Positions 1 through 7,837 of a stretch of 10,401 bases of DNA are shown piece by piece; position 1 is the stretch's first letter; every line of letters starts with the position of its first letter. The position numbers were made by a program, and so were the translations under genes. Origin of the DNA: Trueperaceae bacterium (GTDB taxonomy: Bacteria > Deinococcota > Deinococci > Deinococcales > Trueperaceae); assembly GCA_040905465.1 (NCBI GenBank), contig JBBDRK010000060.1:11419-21819 (forward strand), written 5' to 3'. The notes under the pieces were generated by a model, which worked only from the letters and a program-made list of their open reading frames with translations, made no database searches and had not been told where the DNA came from.

Positions 1-257
1 GTGTCGGTGTCAACGGTGTCGGTGTCCGCGGCGTCGACGTCAGTGGTGTCGGTGTCTACCGCATCGACGTCGGTGGCGTCGGTCTCCCCGTCCTCGGAGG
101 CCGCGCCCTCGGCGGTGTCATCTGCGGCGTCATCGGCCGTCCCACCGTCAGTAGTGGTTGCCGGCGCGTCCGCCGGTTCGCCTTCGTGCTGGTCCGCCAA
201 CGCCGTCCCGAACGTCAGGGCCAGTGCCAGCAGCAACAGGCCAGTCAATCTCCTCAT
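1..257 (-). CDS. Secreted acidic low-complexity protein (partial; 3' end beyond the left edge)
   Basis: Manual translation from ATG at 257: MRRLTGLLLLALALTFGTALA|DQHEGEPADAPATTTDGGTADDAADDTAEGAASEDGETDATDVDAVDTDTTDVDAADTDTVDTD..., with no stop before the edge. It has a classic Sec signal peptide (basic N-region, Leu/Ala core, ALA cleavage site) and a G-rich SD-like sequence (GGGGGGA, 261-267) just upstream. The + strand ORF 1..624 is its antisense shadow. Confidence 0.85.
   Translation of the reverse strand, partial: MRRLTGLLLLALALTFGTALADQHEGEPADAPATTTDGGTADDAADDTAEGAASEDGETDATDVDAVDTDTTDVDAADTDTVDTD
15..84. repeat. 30-bp in-frame tandem repeat encoding TDVDAxDTDT
   Basis: ggtgtcggtgtccgcggcgtcgacgtcagt (15-44) and ggtgtcggtgtctaccgcatcgacgtcggt (45-74), a partial degenerate copy from 75, and a further gtgtcggtgtc at 1-11. 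Confidence 0.8.
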
Positions 258-281
258 GGTTCCCCCCTATGCGTGTACTCG

Positions 282-301
282 AGGGCGCGGAAGCGCGCCC
301 T
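282..301 (-). other. Perfect 8-bp stem-loop in the putative 5' leader of the acidic secreted protein gene
   Basis: agggcgcg (282-289), gaag loop, cgcgccct (294-301); no U-tract on the minus strand. Confidence 0.5.
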
Positions 302-394
302 TACGGGCTCGATTATCGGTCGCGCGTGATTTGGCACACTATTTCCGGGCCTACACTTGCTTTTGTCGCATCCGCGGGGATGTGGGGAACGAAT

Positions 395-2431
395 TTACCG
401 GCCGAGGAAGCGGCGTTGGAACTCGTCGGCTCGACCGGGGGCGACGTTCGCAACCACGGTGTCGCCGGGCTCAAGCCGTGAGTCTCCGTGCGGGAAAATC
501 GTTCGACCTCGCCGCCGGATTGACACCACCACGCTCCAGTGGGGCAGGGCCGCCTCACGCAGGGTCTTGCCGGCCAGGGGGCTGTCGCGTCGCACCGGCA
601 GCTCCACAATCTCCTGGCCGGTGAGGTCACGCAGGCGCCGCCGTTCGCCCGCGTGCTCGAGCGCGCGCTCGCGCTGCACGGCACGGTAGTAGGCTCGGGC
701 GACGTCCCCCTGCTTGACGATGCCGAGCAGCCTGGTGCGGTCGCGCGAGCTCACCACCGGCAGTCGGCCGATGCCGTGCTCGGCCATGCGCTCGAGCGCC
801 TCGCTGATCGGGTCCTCGGGCAAGATCACCTGGACCGAGCGGGTTCCGATCTCGGAAAGGCGCGTGCTATCGGGCAAGCCGGCCCGGCGCGCCCGTTCGA
901 TGTCGCCGAGGGTGACGATGCCGTCGAGTCGCCGTGGCTCGTCGGGCGCCACCAGCACGAACGCCTGGTGGAAGCCGGCTGCCATCTCCTCACCGGCTGA
1001 GCGGAGCGTGTCGTCGCTGGGCAGGGTGGCCACCTGAGCGTCCATCACCTCACCCACCCGCACGGTCTGGAGCAGGTCGGAGGTGCGCTGCCTGAGCAGG
1101 CTGAGCCCGCGTCGCGCCAGCATCACGTGGTAGACCGACTCGGGCTGCATGATCTCGGAGACGAGGACCGATACAACTGTGGCGAGCAGCAGCGGCAGTA
1201 TCAGTTGATAATCGCCGGAGAGTTCGAACACCAGGATTATGGTGCTCATCGGGGCGCGCGCGGCCGCCGAGAACACCGCCGCCATCGCCACCAGCGAGAA
1301 GGCGCCGGGTTGCAGCGCCAGGTTGGGGAAGGCGCCGGCGGCCACCTGGCCGAACGCTCCGCCGAATGCCGCCCCGATCAGCAGCAGCGGCGAGAGGACC
1401 CCGCCGGGATGCCAGGCGGCCAGCGAAATGCTCATCGCCAACGCCTTGGCGAAGGCCAGCGCCAGCAGCAGGCCCACCGCCATCGATTCGCCCTGGAGGA
1501 TGGCGCCGGTGGCCTCGAAGCCGCGACCGAGAATCGCCGGCATCAGCAGGCCGATCGCGCCTACCGCCAGCCCACCCAGCACCGGCCGCGACCAGGGCAC
1601 CAGCCGCAGGTAGTTCAGGAGGTCGTCGATCGCCACCAGGCCGCGCACCACTCCCACCCCCACGAAGCCGGCGAGCACCGACAGCACGAAGTAGAGCGGT
1701 AGCTCGAGCGGACTGCTCAGGACATACTCGGGTACCGCGAAGGCAGGGTCGGGACCGAGGAAGCGCCGTGAGACTACCGAGGCCGTAACCGAACCGATCA
1801 CCACCGAGGCGACGTAGCGACTGCCGAACTGACCCAGGATCACCTCGAGGGCGAACAGCATGCCGGCGATGGGGGCATTGAATGTCGCCGAGATGCCAGC
1901 GGCGGCCGCGACGGCGATGAGATTGCGGCGACGTTCCTCGCCCAGGCGCATCGCACCGCCGGTGAGGGAGGCAATCGCCGCACTCAGCTGCACCACCGGC
2001 CCTTCGGTGCCGAGCGGGGCGCCTGTCCCGATGGCGATGGCGGTAGCGACCGGCCGCCACAGGACGATGCGCTTGGCGATGCGACCGCCGAGGTTCGATA
2101 CCGCGAACATCACGTGGGGGATGCCGGAACCGCGCACGTCGGGCGACCAGTAGAGCAGGATCGGGGAGACCAGCAGCGCGCCGGCGGCCGGGATCACCAG
2201 GGCCGTCAACTGGCCGAGGATCGTTCCTCCCGCCGCCTCGAAGTCGCGGATCCACGTCTCCATGAAGTCGACGGTGAGGTCGAAGCCCACCGCCGCCAAG
2301 CCCGCCAGCAAGCCGATGGCGATTGCCGAGGCGATCAGCGAGGTCGTCTCGCGCGACTCGCGCACGTTGAAGCGGCGAATCAGCCGTTCGGTCAGCAGGC
2401 GGCGTCGTCTTTGGAAGCGGCGATCAGGCAT
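395..2431 (-). CDS. ClC (EriC)-family chloride channel/transporter with tandem CBS domains and C-terminal TrkA-C (RCK_C) domain
   Basis: 678 aa with many hydrophobic helices. ClC signature motifs: GSGIP (2117-2131), GTEGP (1997-2011), FNAPIAG, GGVLSP and the central Tyr (ESVY). CBS-type segments (VRVGEVM...GIVTLGDI, ...GRLPVV...LGIVKQGDV) and an RCK_C-type tail (SPLAGKTLREAALP...VVSIRRRGRTIFPHGDSRLEPGDTV). Confidence 0.95.
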   Translation of the reverse strand: MPDRRFQRRRRLLTERLIRRFNVRESRETTSLIASAIAIGLLAGLAAVGFDLTVDFMETWIRDFEAAGGTILGQLTALVIPAAGALLVSPILLYWSPDVRGSGIPHVMFAVSNLGGRIAKRIVLWRPVATAIAIGTGAPLGTEGPVVQLSAAIASLTGGAMRLGEERRRNLIAVAAAAGISATFNAPIAGMLFALEVILGQFGSRYVASVVIGSVTASVVSRRFLGPDPAFAVPEYVLSSPLELPLYFVLSVLAGFVGVGVVRGLVAIDDLLNYLRLVPWSRPVLGGLAVGAIGLLMPAILGRGFEATGAILQGESMAVGLLLALAFAKALAMSISLAAWHPGGVLSPLLLIGAAFGGAFGQVAAGAFPNLALQPGAFSLVAMAAVFSAAARAPMSTIILVFELSGDYQLILPLLLATVVSVLVSEIMQPESVYHVMLARRGLSLLRQRTSDLLQTVRVGEVMDAQVATLPSDDTLRSAGEEMAAGFHQAFVLVAPDEPRRLDGIVTLGDIERARRAGLPDSTRLSEIGTRSVQVILPEDPISEALERMAEHGIGRLPVVSSRDRTRLLGIVKQGDVARAYYRAVQRERALEHAGERRRLRDLTGQEIVELPVRRDSPLAGKTLREAALPHWSVVVSIRRRGRTIFPHGDSRLEPGDTVVANVAPGRADEFQRRFLGR

Positions 2432-2433
2432 CG

Positions 2434-2459
2434 GTACCCGGCAATGGTACTTCGGGTAC
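2434..2459 (-). promoter_or_regulatory. Candidate -10 box (TACCAT) of the ClC gene, flanked by a 7-bp inverted repeat
   Basis: Minus-strand TACCAT at 2444-2449, 12 nt before the ATG; no SD. gtacccg (2434-2440) and cgggtac (2453-2459) are exact inverted repeats around it. Confidence 0.4.
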
Positions 2460-2460
2460 T

Positions 2461-2507
2461 CGTAGCGAGGGGCGAGTCACGCCTTCGGTGCCCCGCCCCT
2501 CGCCACG
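2461..2507 (-). terminator. Long GC-rich hairpin downstream of the beta-propeller gene (possible terminator or 3' stabiliser)
   Basis: gcgaggggcg (2465-2474) pairs with cgcccctcgc (2494-2503). The stem extends with G-U pairs when read on the minus strand. No U-tract, so termination is uncertain. Confidence 0.45.
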
Positions 2508-2592
2508 GCTACCGCCGTGGTCGTTGTTGTCGCGCCGCGAAGCAGCGGTGTTCCGGCGCGACCTCGGCCGGCCGGAGACGACCGCGGGCCCG

Positions 2593-3534
2593 TTACTGCT
2601 GTTGAGCCTCCCCGAGCGGCACTATCAGGACGGTGTTGCCTTGCAGTTGCGGGATCAGAAGCTGCTGCCGGTTGGCGTCGTAACCGATATCGGCCGGCCC
2701 CTCGACCCCTTCGACGACCGCGGTGGAGCTGCCGTCCGGCTCGACTCGCAATACCGCAGAGGCGCTCCAGCTCGAAACCAGCAGGTCGTCGGAATCCGGC
2801 AGCGCCAGCACTCCGTCGAAGCCGCCGGCCGACATCTCCTGGCTCTCGCTGATCTCGCCGTCGTCGATCCGGATAATCCGTCCCGGCGTGTCGAAGGTCA
2901 CCACGACCAGCGAGTTCGGACCGGTAGCCAACACCCCGTTGGGCCCGCCGAGGTCCGGTGATGCGATCACCTGACGCACCGTTCCGTCCTCGCTCACGTG
3001 ATAAACCGCAGCCGTGCCCGCCGGCTGGAAGTCGGGGCCCACGGCGGTGTCGGTGACGAAGACTCCGCCGTCTTCTGCGGGCGCCGCGTCGTTCAGGAAC
3101 GTGGTGTCGGGAATGGCGACGCTGCTGGTCTGTTCGCCGCTCTCGCGGTCGAACATGCGTACGTTGGTGATGTCGGCAACGTAAAGGGTATTGCCGGCCA
3201 GCGCCATGCCCTTGGGGGCGTCGAGCTCCACGCCGTCGGCCTCGCCGTCTATCCAGCGCAGTTCCAGGACCTCGCCGTCGGGCGAGACACGGGAGATGAA
3301 GCCGTTACCGTCCGCTTCGCTCGGTGCGCCGTTGACGTTCGATACCAGGTAGACGTCGGCCTGTTCGTCGTGAAGCATCGATTCCGGCCCCAGGAAGCCG
3401 GCGTCGGCGAGCTCGATGGTCCCAGCGCCGCCCGGCGCCGCGTCCTGGGCGAGCGCGGCTGCGACCAACGGAGCGACAATCAGCGTCACGAAAATACGGC
3501 GAAACGGCGATGCGCTCGTAACTGTGCTGCACAT
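2593..3534 (-). CDS. Secreted SMP-30/gluconolactonase/LRE-like beta-propeller protein
   Basis: 313 aa. Signal peptide ending AALA|Q. Repeated propeller-blade motifs GPES, APKGMAL...LYVADI, FLNDAA...VFVTDT, GPNGV, FDGV and GPADIGYD. SD AAGGGGG (3541-3547) 6 nt upstream of the ATG. Confidence 0.85.
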   Translation of the reverse strand: MCSTVTSASPFRRIFVTLIVAPLVAAALAQDAAPGGAGTIELADAGFLGPESMLHDEQADVYLVSNVNGAPSEADGNGFISRVSPDGEVLELRWIDGEADGVELDAPKGMALAGNTLYVADITNVRMFDRESGEQTSSVAIPDTTFLNDAAPAEDGGVFVTDTAVGPDFQPAGTAAVYHVSEDGTVRQVIASPDLGGPNGVLATGPNSLVVVTFDTPGRIIRIDDGEISESQEMSAGGFDGVLALPDSDDLLVSSWSASAVLRVEPDGSSTAVVEGVEGPADIGYDANRQQLLIPQLQGNTVLIVPLGEAQQQ

Positions 3535-3551
3535 ATGAATCCCCCTTCGGT

Positions 3552-3584
3552 ACGGCGGCAGCCTCGTTGCGAGCCTGCCGCCGT
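3552..3584 (-). other. Long stem-loop immediately upstream of the beta-propeller gene SD
   Basis: acggcggcag (3552-3561)/ctgccgccgt (3575-3584) plus inner ctcg/cgag: 14 pairs with one mismatch. A candidate -10 TAAGTT lies at 3597-3602 on the minus strand. Confidence 0.6.
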
Positions 3585-3663
3585 TGCGGTAAGCCGAACT
3601 TAATCGGATTCCGAAGACAGGACAGTGATCATCGGACTGATTCGTGGAGGCGGTGTTGCCGGT

Positions 3664-5472
<1,809 letters not shown>

Positions 5473-5479
5473 GGGCATC

Positions 5480-5485
5480 ATGATA
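5480..5485 (-). promoter_or_regulatory. Candidate -10 box (TATCAT) for leaderless pepF transcription
   Basis: Minus strand reads TATCAT-gatgccc-ATG; no SD visible. Confidence 0.55.
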
Positions 5486-5624
5486 AGCGCGACCTGGGAA
5501 CGCGGGCGGTCTGTCTGGCGGCAATCTCGCTGGTGCGGTGAGTCTTTCCAGTTGGTTTTACGAGCTGGAATCCGGCCTCGTGGGCAGGTACTCGTTATGG
5601 ATCGTTCCGTCAGGCTGGCTATGC

Positions 5625-6224
5625 TCAGCGGGCGGCGGCAACGAACCTGCACATGAGCTCGACCGTCTCCGCGTCGAGGAGCCCCTGCCCCTTGAACGAG
5701 CGCCAGGTGTCAAAGCTCAGGGCGTGCCTTACGGCGGTGCGCAGGCGGCGTTCACCGCCGTCGTTCCGTTCCGAAGCCGCCTCCCACGGTTCCAGGAGCA
5801 TTCCTTCGACCGCTTCGAGGTATGCCCCCATTGGCGCCATGACCTCGGCCAACTGCGGCATCCGCTCGGCGTCGCGCAGCACGTGACTCAAGGTTGCCTC
5901 GCCGCTGCGGTAGAAGCGGTAGACAGCGGTCAGGGCGGTCTCGAGTCGTGCGCGGGGGTCGCTGATTCCGGCCCACTCGGCTGGGTCCGGGGCCGGGTTG
6001 TCGGCCGCCACGCGGGCCGAGCAGGCGCGTAACAAGTCGTGGTCGCCGGGGAAGTGGCGGTAGACCGTGAGGCGCTGCACCCCGGCGCGATCGGCAATTG
6101 CCGAGACGGTGGTGGCGGCGGGGCCCACCTCGCGGTGCAGCTCGACAGTCGCCTCGACGATGCGGCGGCGCGTCTCCTGTTGGTCGCGGGCTCGCTTTTC
6201 GAGTCGGTACGTGCGCTTTCCCAT
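5625..6224 (-). CDS. TetR/AcrR-family transcriptional regulator
   Basis: 199 aa with an N-terminal TetR HTH (TRRRIVEATVELHREVG...TTVSAIADRAGVQRLTVYRHF); divergent from a cupin gene. Confidence 0.95.
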   Translation of the reverse strand: MGKRTYRLEKRARDQQETRRRIVEATVELHREVGPAATTVSAIADRAGVQRLTVYRHFPGDHDLLRACSARVAADNPAPDPAEWAGISDPRARLETALTAVYRFYRSGEATLSHVLRDAERMPQLAEVMAPMGAYLEAVEGMLLEPWEAASERNDGGERRLRTAVRHALSFDTWRSFKGQGLLDAETVELMCRFVAAAR

Positions 6225-6228
6225 TCGG

Positions 6229-6246
6229 GTGAATATAGCTGTTCAC
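6229..6246. promoter_or_regulatory. Putative TetR operator 1 (GTGAATA-tagc-TGTTCAC), overlapping the tetR -10 box
   Basis: Imperfect 18-bp palindrome that matches operator 2. Confidence 0.75.
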
Positions 6247-6261
6247 TGAAAGTATTGACAA
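6232..6261 (-). promoter_or_regulatory. Putative sigma70-type promoter of tetR (leaderless)
   Basis: Minus strand TTGTCA (6256-6261), 18 nt, TATATT (6232-6237), 7 nt, ATG (6224). Confidence 0.65.
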
Positions 6262-6283
6262 GCTGTTTCGCGACGCGTAAAGT
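6255..6283 (+). promoter_or_regulatory. Sigma70-type promoter of the cupin gene
   Basis: Perfect TTGACA (6255-6260), 17-nt spacer, TAAAGT (6278-6283), in a locally AT-rich stretch. Confidence 0.8.
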
Positions 6284-6293
6284 GCGGCATTCG

Positions 6294-6311
6294 GTGAACA
6301 TAAGTGTTTAC
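6294..6311. promoter_or_regulatory. Putative TetR operator 2 (GTGAACA-taag-TGTTTAC), just downstream of the predicted cupin TSS
   Basis: Imperfect 18-bp palindrome that matches operator 1; lies between the -10 box and the SD. Confidence 0.75.
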
Positions 6312-6332
6312 TGGAAAGTCTGGAGGAGCACC

Positions 6333-6899
6333 ATGACGGCAAGAGTCGAGAGCAGCAGTCAGGACATGTGGCGGCACGAGGGCGCGGGCCGGCAGATACG
6401 CTTCCGCGGGCTGACGACCATCGTCCACGTTGTCAGCGGCGCGACCGGTGGAGCGGCAACGGACTCTGCCCGCCCCCCGAACTCCACCGGCACACCGCCC
6501 GGTTCGGCTGCTCTGCTCGAGCACATCCTCGAGCCCTTTAATCTGGGCGCTCCCCCGCACCGGCACGCCCGGGAAGACGAGATCTCGCACGTGCTGGCCG
6601 GGCGCTTGGCGGTCTGGCAAGCAGGAGAGCTGCATGTCGCCGGTCCGGGCGAGACGATAGTGAAGCCGCGCAATGTCTTTCACACCTTCTGGAACCCGGG
6701 CGACGAGCCCGTGCGCTTCCTTGAAGTCATCGCTCCGGGAACTGGGTTCGAGCGCTACTTCGAGGAGATCGCCCCGCTGATTCCGGCCGCTGGAGCACCG
6801 GATATCCCCGGCCTAATGGCGGTTGCGGCGCGCTACGGACTCGAGTTGGACATGGCCCCCGTCCCCGAGCTGCTCGCCTCCCACGGGCTACGGATGTAG
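6333..6899 (+). CDS. Cytoplasmic cupin-domain protein (Cupin_2; resembles the quercetinase-like group)
   Basis: Start at ATG 6333 after SD GGAGGAG (6322-6328); 188 aa. Cupin motif 1 PPHRHAREDE and motif 2 GETIVKPRNVFHTFWN give a full 3-His/1-Glu site; C-terminal FERYFEE...AARYGLE helices. The track's 6039 start overlaps tetR and is rejected. Confidence 0.92.
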   Translation: MTARVESSSQDMWRHEGAGRQIRFRGLTTIVHVVSGATGGAATDSARPPNSTGTPPGSAALLEHILEPFNLGAPPHRHAREDEISHVLAGRLAVWQAGELHVAGPGETIVKPRNVFHTFWNPGDEPVRFLEVIAPGTGFERYFEEIAPLIPAAGAPDIPGLMAVAARYGLELDMAPVPELLASHGLRM

Positions 6900-6988
6900 A
6901 ATTTTCTGCGTCCGTGACTGTTGGTCCTGGGAGTGTTCTTGCTTTCCATTGGCCGAGGGCGCGACAGGCGGACGGCAGGAGCGTGAGA

Positions 6989-7023
6989 AGCGGTCCGCCC
7001 ACTCGCATGGTGGGCAGACCGCT
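6989..7023 (-). terminator. Stem-loop between convergent genes; likely terminator or 3' end of the minus-strand operon
   Basis: agcggtc-c-gcccac (6989-7002), 7-nt loop, gtgggc-a-gaccgct (7010-7023). The C/A mismatch is a G-U pair on the minus strand, giving a 14-bp stem 15 nt after the stop at 7039. Weak U tail. Confidence 0.65.
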
Positions 7024-7038
7024 GTTCCGGATCGTCTG

Positions 7039-7473
7039 TCAACGGGGCGTGGTCAGGACGGCTCCTTGCGGCAGGAGGAAGGTCACGACGAAGCTGGCGT
7101 CGCTGCCGCTCTCGTTGCGCACCTGCAGGAAAGTTTCGGCCGGTATCAGGTAGTTCTCTCCCGCCGTCAACTTGACGACCTGGGCGCTGTCCGCGAGCAA
7201 GAATGTCACCTCTCCCTGCAACACGAGGATCAGCTCGGGGCCGCCGTGCATGTGGACCGGGCTCTGGGCGCCGGGTGGCAGCTCGAGAAGCTGCTGGTGC
7301 ACCGCGAACGGACGGGCCATGGTGGTCGAATCGAAGGTGACGTTGTGCGCGACGTTGATTTTTGTCGTTACCTGCGCCCATGCGGTGGAAGTCAGGGTCG
7401 TCGCCACGACCAGCAGCAGCGCCACCGCGACGAGTAGTCCCGTCCTGCGAACGTTCCGGATTCGGTTCTTCAT
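7039..7473 (-). CDS. Exported cupin-domain protein
   Basis: 144 aa. Signal peptide MKNRIRNVRRTGLLVAVALLLVVATTLTSTAWA|Q. Cupin motif 1 LPPGAQSPVHMHGGPE, motif 2 GENYLIPAETFLQVRN. SD AGGAG (7480-7484) 6 nt upstream. Confidence 0.9.
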   Translation of the reverse strand: MKNRIRNVRRTGLLVAVALLLVVATTLTSTAWAQVTTKINVAHNVTFDSTTMARPFAVHQQLLELPPGAQSPVHMHGGPELILVLQGEVTFLLADSAQVVKLTAGENYLIPAETFLQVRNESGSDASFVVTFLLPQGAVLTTPR

Positions 7474-7505
7474 TCATTGCTCCTATCGGCTCTGCGGCAG
7501 TCGGC

Positions 7506-7811
7506 TCAGTCGATTGCCGGGTTCTGGTCGTCGAGCGCGGGTACGATACCGTCCAGCTGATAGCAGCCGTCGGCCTTTCCTGGAGTGCCTGAGTCCGGCC
7601 CATGGTGCGCCGACTCGAGCCCATAGGCTGCCGGGTCGCCGCCACACACCTCGCCCGAGACGTAGGGGCCGTGGTTCTGACCGTTGGCGATAACCTGTCC
7701 TTCGCCCTTGTGCGCTTTGCTTGCTTCATGTGGGTGAGCCCCTGCGAAGCTCATGCTCACCACGACGCACGCCGCCATAAGTCCCCGCGTACAGCTCCCT
7801 CTGCGTTGCAT
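7506..7811 (-). CDS. Small secreted His/Gly-rich hypothetical protein
   Basis: 101 aa. SD GGAGG (7820-7824) 8 nt upstream. Signal-like N-terminus ending FAGA|HPH. The stop is 32 nt before the next co-oriented start. Confidence 0.8.
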   Translation of the reverse strand: MQRRGSCTRGLMAACVVVSMSFAGAHPHEASKAHKGEGQVIANGQNHGPYVSGEVCGGDPAAYGLESAHHGPDSGTPGKADGCYQLDGIVPALDDQNPAID

Positions 7812-7837
7812 GTTCCATACCTCCCCGTGCTGAGAAT

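Noticed and set aside
15-84. 30-bp repeats as a CRISPR array
   Set aside because: The units are contiguous with no spacers, are in frame within a coding region, and no cas genes are present.
361-385. Hairpin cgcatcc-gcgg-ggatgtg next to a T5 run, as an intrinsic terminator of the ClC gene
   Set aside because: On the ClC (minus) strand the stem is followed by A residues, not U; on + the T run precedes the stem. Not a canonical terminator either way.
1-624. 207-aa Ser/Val-rich + strand ORF
   Set aside because: Its Ser/Val repeat is the antisense reading of the Asp/Thr repeat gene, and it also overlaps the 3' end of the ClC gene.
2432-2592. Fluoride riboswitch and fluoride-specific CLC-F assignment
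   Set aside because: No crcB-motif consensus is visible, and the protein has GSGIP and GxEGP rather than the CLC-F signatures (GNNLI/GMGLI, GREGT, GEVTP).
5590-5615. CTGACGG on the minus strand as a hammerhead ribozyme core
   Set aside because: Does not match CUGANGA, and the required stems around a GAAA element could not be built.
5473-5652. 60-codon N-terminal extension of PepF in the ORF track
   Set aside because: Overlaps tetR, does not resemble M3B sequence or a signal peptide, and a -10 box sits right before ATG 5472.
6039-6332. N-terminal extension of the + strand cupin ORF
   Set aside because: Overlaps tetR and the promoter region; a strong SD supports ATG 6333.
6833-7729. 298-aa minus-strand ORF across the small genes, including a possible short MESKNTP... 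ORF starting near 6949
   Set aside because: Arg/Pro-rich alternate-frame reading that overlaps three better-supported genes and crosses the terminator-like hairpin.
7767-7781. LMAAC as a lipobox in the His-rich protein
   Set aside because: The Cys lies early in the hydrophobic stretch with too short an H-region before it; AGA|H is a better signal peptidase I site.
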